64,000 nt of DNA from Bacteroidia bacterium. GTDB taxonomy: Bacteria > Bacteroidota > Bacteroidia > NS11-12g > UBA9320. Position 1 is the stretch's first letter; each line of letters opens with the position of its first letter. The stretch lies in the NCBI GenBank assembly GCA_965216465.1, contig CBDCFW010000006.1, positions 896,001-960,000 of the forward strand. The letters are read 5' to 3'. Positions 11,037 to 19,550 of the stretch are shown here, in pieces. The notes below the pieces were generated by a model. The model was given only the letters and a program-made list of their open reading frames with translations, made no database searches and had not been told where the DNA came from. Made by a program: the position numbers and the translations under genes.

Positions 11037-11073
11037 AAAAGCCTTCTATCTTTCGATAGGAGGCTTTTTTTTT
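11037..11073 (+). terminator. rho-independent terminator
   Basis: AAAAGCCTTCTATC-TTTC-GATAGGAGGC followed by T9. Confidence 0.85.
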
Positions 11074-11079
11074 GTTCTT

Positions 11080-11847
11080 ATGTTAACATCTAGAATTAAC
11101 AACAGAATAGGCATCATTACGCTAGATAGGCCCGAAAAGAGAAATGCGTTTAATGCTGAGTTGGTTACACTACTGCACGAAACCATTGTTAAATTCAATA
11201 ACGATGATAACGTACGTGCAATTCTTATTCAAGCCAACGGAAAAGCATTTAGTGCAGGTGCTGACTTGAAATACCTTCAACAACTTAGAGCAAATACACT
11301 CAATGAGAACGAAGAAGATAGTAAGCAGCTGGCAGAGATGTTCAAGGCCTTGTACAATTCTCCTAAGCTTACCATATCTGCAGTCAATGGACATGCTTTA
11401 GCAGGAGGATGTGGACTTGCGACAATTACAGATTTCTGCTGGGCAACTCCTAATTCTAACTTTGGCTATACTGAGGTGAAAATTGGTTTTATACCTGCAA
11501 TTGTTCTTACCTTTCTTTTGAGAAAAGTAGATGGTCAAAACCTAAATGAATTATTGTTAACCGGAAAAATAGTTACTGCTCAAGAAGCAAAAGACTTGAG
11601 CCTAATTTCGGACGTAATAGACAGTGATTCTTTCGAACACACGGTAGAAGAGCGAATTCAGCAGTTAATTTCATCAACATCTGGACAAGCGATAGCTAAA
11701 ACAAAAGAGCTAATTAGGGCTGTAGATGCAAAACAAATTAATGAGAGTTTAGATACCGCTTCGAAGTATAATGCTATTGCTCGCAGTTCTGACGATTGCA
11801 TAAAAGGCGTCGATTCTTTTCTAAATAAGACTAAGATAAGCTGGTAA
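11080..11847 (+). CDS. enoyl-CoA hydratase family (methylglutaconyl-CoA hydratase-like)
   Basis: RPEKRNA, FSAGADL, GHALAGGCG and EVKIGFIP crotonase motifs. Confidence 0.88.
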   Translation: MLTSRINNRIGIITLDRPEKRNAFNAELVTLLHETIVKFNNDDNVRAILIQANGKAFSAGADLKYLQQLRANTLNENEEDSKQLAEMFKALYNSPKLTISAVNGHALAGGCGLATITDFCWATPNSNFGYTEVKIGFIPAIVLTFLLRKVDGQNLNELLLTGKIVTAQEAKDLSLISDVIDSDSFEHTVEERIQQLISSTSGQAIAKTKELIRAVDAKQINESLDTASKYNAIARSSDDCIKGVDSFLNKTKISW

Positions 11848-12608
11848 TGATTGATACACACTCACACCTGTACGCATCTCAATTTGAAGAAGATATTCAA
11901 GAAGTTGTTGAAAGAGCTAAAGCTGCTGGATTAACTAAAATTCTACTTCCGAACATCAATATAGAAAGTATAGAGCAATTAAATAAGTTAGTAGAGCAAG
12001 AACCACAGTTCTTTTATAGAATGATCGGACTTCATCCTTGCTCTGTCGAAGACAACTATAAAGATGTTTTAGCCACGATAAAGGAAGAGTTAAATGCCAA
12101 ACCTTGTATTGCGGTAGGTGAAATTGGAGTTGATCTTTACTGGGATAAGTCAACACAAAAGATTCAAGAAGAAGCCTTTTTAATACAATGCGAATGGGCA
12201 ATCGAGAGCAATTTACCCATTGTAATACATTCTAGAGAGTCTATTGACCTCATCATTGATCTGATTAAGGAAAACCTACCAAATGGCATTAGAGGTGTGT
12301 TTCATTGCTTTACAGGCACCTTAGAGCAAGCTCAGACCATTATAGATATGGGAATGTATTTAGGAATTGGAGGTGTTGTTACTTTCAAGAATTCAAATCT
12401 AAGGGATGTGTTAAAAGATGTTTCACTGGATAGAATCATAATCGAGACCGATTCACCCTACCTTGCTCCTGTTCCTTATCGCGGGAAGCGAAACGAGTCG
12501 TCATATATCACCGAAGTGGTAAAAGAGCTCTCAAAAATTTACGATTTAAGTTCGGAGGAGATTGACAAGATAACCACCGAAAATGCTCAGAAGTTGTTCG
12601 ATTTGTAA
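11847..12608 (+). CDS. tatD: TatD family DNase
   Basis: IDTHSH, GLHP, GEIGVD, IHSR, HCF and ETDSPY motifs. Confidence 0.95.
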   Translation: MIDTHSHLYASQFEEDIQEVVERAKAAGLTKILLPNINIESIEQLNKLVEQEPQFFYRMIGLHPCSVEDNYKDVLATIKEELNAKPCIAVGEIGVDLYWDKSTQKIQEEAFLIQCEWAIESNLPIVIHSRESIDLIIDLIKENLPNGIRGVFHCFTGTLEQAQTIIDMGMYLGIGGVVTFKNSNLRDVLKDVSLDRIIIETDSPYLAPVPYRGKRNESSYITEVVKELSKIYDLSSEEIDKITTENAQKLFDL

Positions 12609-12609
12609 T

Positions 12610-12617
12610 TACTTTTG
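12610..12617 (+). promoter_or_regulatory. Bacteroidota sigma70 -7 box for tRNA-Ser
   Basis: TACTTTTG matches TAnnTTTG, 9 nt upstream of the tRNA. Confidence 0.55.
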
Positions 12618-12626
12618 CGGCCATTC

Positions 12627-12713
12627 GGAGAGATGCCAGAGCGGTCGATCGGGCTACCCTGGAAAGGTAGTGTACCCTTACGGGTACCGAGGGTTCGAAT
12701 CCCTCTCTCTCCG
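12627..12713 (+). tRNA. tRNA-Ser(GGA)
   Basis: acceptor stem GGAGAGA/TCTCTCC, anticodon arm CTACC-CTGGAAA-GGTAG, long variable arm GTACCC..GGGTAC, T-arm GAGGGTTCGAATCCCTC; no encoded CCA. Confidence 0.97.
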
Positions 12714-12718
12714 CAAGT

Positions 12719-12749
12719 AAAGCCAATCCCTAAGAGGATTGGCTTTTTT
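12719..12749 (+). terminator. terminator hairpin after tRNA-Ser
   Basis: AAAGCCAATCC-CTAAGA-GGATTGGCTTTTTT. Confidence 0.8.
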
Positions 12750-12772
12750 ATTGAGCCTGTGCTAAGCTCGCT

Positions 12773-13083
12773 TAAGCACAGGCTCATAAAAAAGACATTG
12801 AGCACGCAGTGCTATGGCTTTACTTGTTAGGCCACCCCTTAGGGAAAAAGCGACTGCAAGGAGCTTAATCCCCATAAGCACAGGCTCATAAAAAAGACAT
12901 TGAGCACGCAGTGCTATGGCTTTACTTGTTAGGCCACCCCTTAGGGAAAAAGCGACTGCAAGGAGCTTAATCCCCTTAATCACAGGCTCATAAAAAAGAC
13001 ATTGAGCACGCAGTGCTATGGCTTTACTTGTTAGGCCCTCCTTACGGAAAAAGCAATGGGGGTTAATGAAGGAGGTTAATCCC
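12773..13083. repeat. tRNA-linked tandem array, 3 x 102 bp
   Basis: units start at 12773, 12875 and 12977; units 1 and 2 differ only at the last base; unit 3 diverges after about 60 nt. Confidence 0.95.
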
Positions 13084-13230
13084 ATCTCGCTTCGAGTATG
13101 TGACTAATTAAAAGACAAAAGCACGTCCTGCTACACCTCCTAAATTACCCCCTTTCCCTTCATTTCAATATATTTGAAGTTGTGCTGCAAAAGCACCTAT
13201 AACCATTATTTAATCGACACCATTATTAAT

Positions 13231-13995
13231 ATGCTTTCAAGAGTAATACTTGTGTGCTTCATCTTTGTCCTTTGGTCTATAGGCTCAGGATATTACTATG
13301 TCTGCCACGTCAAGCAGGCATGTGCTAATCCCTTGCAAACCGAGATCGTTTTACAAGAACCAATCCAATTCACTATTTCAGAAGAAAAGCCAACTTTAGG
13401 CACTGACTTCGAAACTTGGAAGAATGAAATTCTAGCAAAACAAAACAACGATAACCAACTCCAAATTGTAGGTCTGTATTCTTCTGCAGAAGTGAATAAT
13501 TCAATACATCGAGATTTGGGTATCGCACGAGCTGTTCAAGTACAAGAAGCGTTAGGCATCAGCGTAGAAGAGGTAATTATAGAATCTCGACAAACTGAAA
13601 TCGACTGGTCTAAAACTTATGCTGAAGCCATAGAGTTTGAATATGTAATTAAAAATAAGAACGTAATTGAAAACGATTTTGGAGCGGTTCTTATATTAAG
13701 TCCATATGCCGTTCCTGAAGAAGTGCCTGTAGATATTATGAACTATTTAAAAGAAATCTGTAAACATGCAGAAAACCAGGTGATTGATATTGTTGGATAT
13801 AGCCCAGAATTAAACGATGTCGCAGAAAACTACAGTCAAGGGTATCACTCTGCAAACTTGATTCGTGATATCTTCGCTGAGCAGGGATATCCATCAGAAT
13901 TGTTAAACGTAGCTTCCGAAGGTTCAAGAAGAGATAATTTGTCCATAGATTTTATGCCAGATTCCGTTAACCTTGTTGAAGTAATAATTAGATAA
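13231..13995 (+). CDS. membrane-anchored protein with degenerate OmpA-like domains
   Basis: N-terminal TM plus YYYVCHVK..C; DLGIARA and IDIVGY...SANLIRD patterns. Confidence 0.55.
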   Translation: MLSRVILVCFIFVLWSIGSGYYYVCHVKQACANPLQTEIVLQEPIQFTISEEKPTLGTDFETWKNEILAKQNNDNQLQIVGLYSSAEVNNSIHRDLGIARAVQVQEALGISVEEVIIESRQTEIDWSKTYAEAIEFEYVIKNKNVIENDFGAVLILSPYAVPEEVPVDIMNYLKEICKHAENQVIDIVGYSPELNDVAENYSQGYHSANLIRDIFAEQGYPSELLNVASEGSRRDNLSIDFMPDSVNLVEVIIR

Positions 13996-13998
13996 AAA

Positions 13999-14676
13999 AT
14001 GGAGGAAAGAATTATAGAAGGAGCCAACGGCCAAATGTATTACATAGAAATAGCCATTATTTTATTAGGAGCATTTATTCTAGGTTATGTGCTGAGATGG
14101 TTGCTTAACGATAAGTACAAGAAACAAATTAAAAAGCTTGAACTCGATATTTCAATGTTGAAACTGAACTCAAAACCGGAGGAAAGTTTTAAAAAACTTG
14201 AAACCAATATTATTGCCCAACAAGCCGAAATCGATAAGCTAAAATCTTTACTCAAGTTTGCTAAAACAGACAAAGAAGATGCACTTAGAAGTGCCGACCT
14301 GCTAAAAAAGGAGATTGAAGCCTTGCAAAAATCAAAATCAGTAGAAGAAGCAACAGAAACACCCGCATTTGAGCCGGAACAGGTACAGGAGCAAGAAGAA
14401 ATTGTATTGTCTACTTCACAAAAAGATGACTTAACAAAGATTGAAGGGGTAGGGCCTAAAATTGAACAAATATTAAACGAAGCAGGAATAGCAACTTTTC
14501 GCGATATACTTTCAAAACCGCCATCAGAAATTAAATCGGTGCTGGTAGCTCAAAGCCCAACATATGCAGTACATGACCCTGCGACATGGGCTGAACAAGC
14601 AAAATTAGCTGTTGCAAATAAGTGGGAAGAATTAGCTAGCCTTCAATTGAAACTTAAAGGAGGAAAGCGTAAGTAA
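13999..14676 (+). CDS. membrane-anchored coiled-coil protein with C-terminal helix-hairpin-helix (DUF4332-like) domain
   Basis: TM, coiled coil, DDLTKIEGVGPKIEQILNEAGI...WAEQAKLA. Confidence 0.75.
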   Translation: MEERIIEGANGQMYYIEIAIILLGAFILGYVLRWLLNDKYKKQIKKLELDISMLKLNSKPEESFKKLETNIIAQQAEIDKLKSLLKFAKTDKEDALRSADLLKKEIEALQKSKSVEEATETPAFEPEQVQEQEEIVLSTSQKDDLTKIEGVGPKIEQILNEAGIATFRDILSKPPSEIKSVLVAQSPTYAVHDPATWAEQAKLAVANKWEELASLQLKLKGGKRK

Positions 14677-15171
14677 TTAGCCTTTTCTAATCTTTTCAAT
14701 AATAGAAGTACTGCTGTGACCTTCTAAGAATGGAATCACTTCCACCTTACCACCATCTTTAATGACCTCTGTAGCTCCTACAATGGTTTCAAATGTATAG
14801 TCGCCACCTTTTACCAAGATATCTGGCTTAACTGTTGTAATCAGCTCTAATGGGGTTTCTTCTCCAAAATAAACCACAGCATCCACAAAAGCCATTGCTG
14901 CCAATTTAGTTGCTCGAGTTTGTTCTTGAATTACGGGTCTATTTTCTCCTTTCAGTTTTGAAACCGATTGATCGGTGTTGATTCCAATCACTAATCGGTC
15001 ACCGAGATCCGCTGCCTTACTTAGGTAATCTATATGACCAAGGTGTAATAAGTCGAAACATCCATTGGTAAATACAATTCGATCATTGAACGATTTCCAT
15101 ACTTCAACTTGCTCAGCCAATTCGGTGTAGCTTGTATAGATTTTTTCTTCAATGAGTTGTTTCCACTCCAT
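14677..15171 (-). CDS. rfaE2: D-glycero-beta-D-manno-heptose 1-phosphate adenylyltransferase
   Basis: VFTNGCFDLLHLGH, PDILVKGGDY and SSTSII motifs. Confidence 0.92.
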   Translation of the reverse strand: MEWKQLIEEKIYTSYTELAEQVEVWKSFNDRIVFTNGCFDLLHLGHIDYLSKAADLGDRLVIGINTDQSVSKLKGENRPVIQEQTRATKLAAMAFVDAVVYFGEETPLELITTVKPDILVKGGDYTFETIVGATEVIKDGGKVEVIPFLEGHSSTSIIEKIRKG

Positions 15172-16153
15172 TCTTCTTAATTTTTTGCGATTGAACGATG
15201 AACGATATTACAGAGAATATTCCTACTCCAATGATAACAATAAATTGCACGGCATGCGTAATTAATGTATAAGAGCCTGCTATTAATGAATCAATTCCAT
15301 AAAGTGCTAAAGCTGCTGGAACCAATATTTCAAAGGTACCAACACCGCCAGGAACAGGAACAATCATCGCAGCAGTTCCAAAAAGTAAAACGGTTAATCC
15401 AGCAGAAACGCCTAAATGTGCAGTTCCTTCCAGTGCAAATAGAGTAAAGTAAGGCATGCAGAAGTACATGGCCCATATAAAAAGACTATAAAAAATAAAT
15501 AATCCCTTTTTCTCTAGTGCAAAAATGGTTTTGAAACCATCTAATATCCCCTCGATAAAGTCTTTAAACTTATTAATAATAGGCAAGGTGTAAATCCACT
15601 TTCTCTTTTTGTATAGAATGCCAATAATGAGCAATCCAAATAAACCTACTACAGCATAAATGATGAGCGAATTTGCGTTTATAGGGGAAAACAAGTCAGT
15701 TGCAAATTCATAGATGGTGTCAAACAAAAGAAAGAAGATCCCAATCGCAATCAACACCGTAATTATTAAATCAATAACTCTCTCAACAACCACAGTTCCT
15801 ACCAGTTTGTTGAAAGGAATATTCTCCAACTTCGAAAGTACCGCAGGCCGTGTAATTTCACCAACTCTTGGAAGTGCAAAATTGACCAGGTATCCAAGTA
15901 TTACAGCATGAAAACTGTTTGTTGGCCTGGCATTATACCCCATGGGTGTAAGCAACAGGTTCCATCGCAAAGCTCTAGCTAAATGGCTAAGCACGCCACA
16001 AAACATGGAAAGAGCAATCCACTTGTAATCGGCATTTCTGATTTCATGAACAAGGTCACCCAAGTCTTCCTTTCCCAAGGCCCAATAAAATAGTCCAACA
16101 CCTAAGGTGAGGAATACAACTGTGTTGATGATGGTTTTAGTTTTCTTATTCAA
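15149..16153 (-). CDS. lysylphosphatidylglycerol synthase TM / flippase-like (UPF0104) protein
   Basis: [20 protein letters not shown] and PGGVG motifs; probable TTG start overlapping the panD stop. Confidence 0.82.
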   Translation of the reverse strand: MNKKTKTIINTVVFLTLGVGLFYWALGKEDLGDLVHEIRNADYKWIALSMFCGVLSHLARALRWNLLLTPMGYNARPTNSFHAVILGYLVNFALPRVGEITRPAVLSKLENIPFNKLVGTVVVERVIDLIITVLIAIGIFFLLFDTIYEFATDLFSPINANSLIIYAVVGLFGLLIIGILYKKRKWIYTLPIINKFKDFIEGILDGFKTIFALEKKGLFIFYSLFIWAMYFCMPYFTLFALEGTAHLGVSAGLTVLLFGTAAMIVPVPGGVGTFEILVPAALALYGIDSLIAGSYTLITHAVQFIVIIGVGIFSVISFIVQSQKIKKNGVETTH

Positions 16154-16499
16154 GAATAGCTTTGTTTTGATGATCAGGGAATACGAGATGTGGAGTATAA
16201 GATTTGGCTTCGTTAAACTCCATGAGTGCAAATGATATGATGATTACAACATCGCCTTTGGCAGCCTTACGTGCCGCAGCACCATTCAGACAAATCATTC
16301 CGCTTCCTCGTTTTCCAGCAATTGCATAAGTTTCAAGTCGTTCACCATTGTTGTTATTTACAACCAATACTTTTTCGCCTTCAATTAAATTGGCTGCATC
16401 CATAAGATCCTCGTCTATGGTAATACTGCCCACATAATCAAGTTCAGTTTGAGTAACTTTAGCTCTGTGAATCTTTGATTTTAGTACTTCAATTAACAT
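16146..16499 (-). CDS. panD: aspartate 1-decarboxylase
   Basis: KSKIHRA, YVGS autocleavage site, NGAAAR. Confidence 0.96.
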   Translation of the reverse strand: MLIEVLKSKIHRAKVTQTELDYVGSITIDEDLMDAANLIEGEKVLVVNNNNGERLETYAIAGKRGSGMICLNGAAARKAAKGDVVIIISFALMEFNEAKSYTPHLVFPDHQNKAILE

Positions 16500-16614
16500 C
16501 TCTTTAATTGGGTCTGGCAAAAGTAATTGATAAACTGAAATACCTCTTATCAATTCTATTGACCATCTTATTAATCCGCTATAAGATAGTAACAAAGTTG
16601 TGCGTCAATTGATT

Positions 16615-17109
16615 ATGCAACGAATATTTAAATCCACACCCGAGATCACAAGCGGTTCGATGGCAGACATTGCTTTCTTGCTGCTCATTTTTTTCCTGGT
16701 CACCACAACCATTGATGTTGATTACGGAATCTCTACTAACATTTCAAAACCCTTTGATGTGCCCGACAGCCTGAGTTTGGAGGTATCAACACTTGTTCTT
16801 AACCAACAAGGGGCAATGCTCTTAGACGATAAGGATGTTAAATTCAATGACTTAAGCCAAAAAATTGCTGAAGACTTTAACAATCAGGCCTCAGTAAAAA
16901 ACGTATTGCTTGTAAAGTCAGAGCGAAATGTCGACTACGAATTATTTATCAGCGCCCTGAATGAAAGCAAAAAAGGGTTTAAGGTTTTCTACGACCGAAT
17001 GGCACGAGAAAAATATAATTCAACATACGTTGAACTTTCAGACAGTAACAAAGTTCAGCTTAAGTTGCTTCATCCGGTATCATTGGCTGAAGATGTTATT
17101 GAGCTTTAA
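16615..17109 (+). CDS. exbD: ExbD/TolR family protein (stand-alone)
   Basis: PEITSGSMADIAFLLLIFFLVTTT. Confidence 0.85.
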   Translation: MQRIFKSTPEITSGSMADIAFLLLIFFLVTTTIDVDYGISTNISKPFDVPDSLSLEVSTLVLNQQGAMLLDDKDVKFNDLSQKIAEDFNNQASVKNVLLVKSERNVDYELFISALNESKKGFKVFYDRMAREKYNSTYVELSDSNKVQLKLLHPVSLAEDVIEL

Positions 17110-19547
17110 AACTTAATGAACTTCGCTCTGTATTGAAGATCGTCATCAGTTAAGTGCAAGTAGTACATTCCAGGAGTTAATTCACCAACAAACAGCTTTT
17201 GCTGATTGGTATTGCCGGCCATTACCTGTTTTCCTGAAGTATTAAGAATGCTATAATCGACACGCTGAACTCCATCCGGAAGTTCAAAGTGTATGTGATT
17301 CCAAGTTGGGTTAGGGTAGATGTCTACTTGGCTCTTTAAAGGAGATTGTGGTACAGAAACCAATTCATTGTCTACAATGGCATAAACCCAATTGGTCAAT
17401 TCTGGATCGAAGTAATCAAATGTTACATTAGCTTGATTTGTAAGCACTATGCCTTCACTTATTTCATCTGTCAATCCAAGTTCGAAGGCCACATAGCCTC
17501 TGTTGTTAACAATTTCTGGGTTCTTGCTGGGGTTGGGTGGCAGATTGATGTTGTTAAAGGTGTATACGATTATTCCAATGTTTGTTCCTGGTTGTCCTGA
17601 ATAAATTTGAATAGAGTAAGGATGACTCGCTCCCAATTCTCTAACATGCGTTAAACTGTGATTAAGTCCTATGGTGTCAACAACGTAAACATTTCGGATA
17701 GTGTCGGTGGTGTAATTCGCAAATGAAATTTGATATTGAATTTTGTCTGAAGTATCTGAAATGTAGGCCGTATCACCTCCAATACTAGGGAATACCTGTT
17801 TTTTAAATTCGAAATCACCTTCTTCCAGGTATTGAGTAAGTGATGATGAGTTATCAAAGATTTCTTCTTCATTTTCTTGCAGCTCAATCGATGCCTCAAG
17901 TTCAACGGTGTTAGATGTGTTATCAGTCAGTTCAAATTCGCAGGCTATTTGACGTGATTCACCTGAATAAAAATCTGCAATAGTCCAAACGGCACTGTCG
18001 CCTGCTATCAAGTCCGGAGCGGGTTTAGCAGCAAGACCATCCAACTTTTGGTCAAAGTGCAATACAACCTTGGTTTCGGCAACATCCGAAGAGCCTTTGT
18101 TTGTGATGTCAATTCGATAAGCATTATGTCTATTTTTCAAAGCTGCCAACCCTGATGTCGATGTTAAATTTACACTCAAGTCGTTCTTTCCTAAGTATTG
18201 CAGCATTGCAAAGCTTGCTGAATCGTGAACCTGACCTTTTCTAACGTTAACTTTAATTTCATCACCGTTACACTCACTGGCATACCAGTATTTGCGGGTT
18301 AATATTTTAAATGAGTGATTTCCTTCTTCAAGTATCGCAAAGAACCTTCCGTTATCATTTGGTCGGATAATTATGTTTTCGGGCAATACCTGAATCGCCA
18401 TTATGTTGAGTTGTTCATCGCGATTGTTGAATATACAGTTCTTGTCTTTATCGAAAAACACACGGCCAGTTACTATTCCGGCGTTTGGAACATATTGGGC
18501 AATTCTCCTTAAATCAACAGATGAAAATCCAGTGAAATGACCCGTTGCAACAAGTGTGTTTTTATAATTTACAAGTCGTGTTAGTCCCAAAAGTGAACCA
18601 TTTTTTAATGCGTGCCATTTACCTCCATCGAGTACAATCAATCTTGTTTCAGTTTGGTCATTATCGTCCATGGTAAATACGCCACTAGCATACAATACTC
18701 CATCAACTTGAATGAGGTCATAGATTTTTGAAATTTCAGCTATTCCGTGTTCAATGGTGTCTATACCAGATCCTGAAACTTTATAAATGCCAGATTGAGA
18801 AGAGTTGAGTTTATTTCCAAAAAAGTAAATTAAGCTGTTGTGCACCGCTATTTTTTGTGGAATGATTGGATTATTGGTTAAACGGGTCCAAAGACCATTC
18901 TTGAAATAAGCTAATTGTGCCGCGGCTTGACCACTTACCTTACTGAATCTACCTCCAATTACAAGCATGTCATCTTGTTCAGCATTAATATATCCAATAT
19001 TCCCTAGCACACCTGTTCCAAAATTTACAGGCATAGCAACAAGCTCATTCCCATTGTAAACAATTAAATCATCTCCGTTTATCGAAGCAGTATTTTTAAG
19101 TGGACCATAAATGAGTAATCGATTGCTATACGTAGTCATTCCATCAACAAAAGTGAAACTGGTTAGCTTGCGTTGTATTACTGGAATAGAGGAGTACTTA
19201 CGATCCTTCCAAACAACAAGATTTCTTGAAGAGTCTAGGTCATTTACTTGCTTAAACTTACCTCCAATGTAAAGCTCGCCTTTAAATAATGCGAGCGAAG
19301 TAATCAGCCCCAACGAGTCGGTCTTAATTTGTGGCAGCATTTGCCAATAAATTCCATTCCATACACTTATTTGGTGAGTTCTTGTGCTTCCATCAGTAGA
19401 AACAATATGAGCTGTCAGCAACAAATGATTAAAAGTTGCAGTAGCAGTTGGAGCATTGGTCAAACCTGAGCCCAAAGGTCTCCAAACTTGTGCCTGACTG
19501 CCTATAACGGCTATCAATAAGCTATAAACTATTATTAATCTTCTCAT
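17106..19547 (-). CDS. T9SS-secreted protein (propeller-like N-terminus, DUF11/DUF7619-like C-terminus, CTD)
   Basis: signal peptide; repeated LYIGG.F motifs; GRVFFDKDKNC; YQISFAN; NQANVTFD; IYPNP...GMYYL...KFIKF. Confidence 0.8.
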   Translation of the reverse strand: MRRLIIVYSLLIAVIGSQAQVWRPLGSGLTNAPTATATFNHLLLTAHIVSTDGSTRTHQISVWNGIYWQMLPQIKTDSLGLITSLALFKGELYIGGKFKQVNDLDSSRNLVVWKDRKYSSIPVIQRKLTSFTFVDGMTTYSNRLLIYGPLKNTASINGDDLIVYNGNELVAMPVNFGTGVLGNIGYINAEQDDMLVIGGRFSKVSGQAAAQLAYFKNGLWTRLTNNPIIPQKIAVHNSLIYFFGNKLNSSQSGIYKVSGSGIDTIEHGIAEISKIYDLIQVDGVLYASGVFTMDDNDQTETRLIVLDGGKWHALKNGSLLGLTRLVNYKNTLVATGHFTGFSSVDLRRIAQYVPNAGIVTGRVFFDKDKNCIFNNRDEQLNIMAIQVLPENIIIRPNDNGRFFAILEEGNHSFKILTRKYWYASECNGDEIKVNVRKGQVHDSASFAMLQYLGKNDLSVNLTSTSGLAALKNRHNAYRIDITNKGSSDVAETKVVLHFDQKLDGLAAKPAPDLIAGDSAVWTIADFYSGESRQIACEFELTDNTSNTVELEASIELQENEEEIFDNSSSLTQYLEEGDFEFKKQVFPSIGGDTAYISDTSDKIQYQISFANYTTDTIRNVYVVDTIGLNHSLTHVRELGASHPYSIQIYSGQPGTNIGIIVYTFNNINLPPNPSKNPEIVNNRGYVAFELGLTDEISEGIVLTNQANVTFDYFDPELTNWVYAIVDNELVSVPQSPLKSQVDIYPNPTWNHIHFELPDGVQRVDYSILNTSGKQVMAGNTNQQKLFVGELTPGMYYLHLTDDDLQYRAKFIKF

Positions 19548-19550
19548 ATT

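Noticed and set aside
12508-12830. three short ORFs overlapping tRNA-Ser
   Set aside because: They are translations of the tRNA and its terminator.
12773-13083. CRISPR array
   Set aside because: Units are contiguous 102-bp copies with no unique spacers, and no cas genes are present.
12762-13085. 107-aa minus-strand ORF with 34-aa repeats
   Set aside because: It stays open because the 102-bp period is a multiple of 3; it has no recognisable domain and overlaps the structured repeat. A peptide product cannot be fully excluded.
12627-14676. integrative genomic island at tRNA-Ser
   Set aside because: No integrase or clear distal att duplication was seen, and downstream genes look like native Bacteroidota genes.
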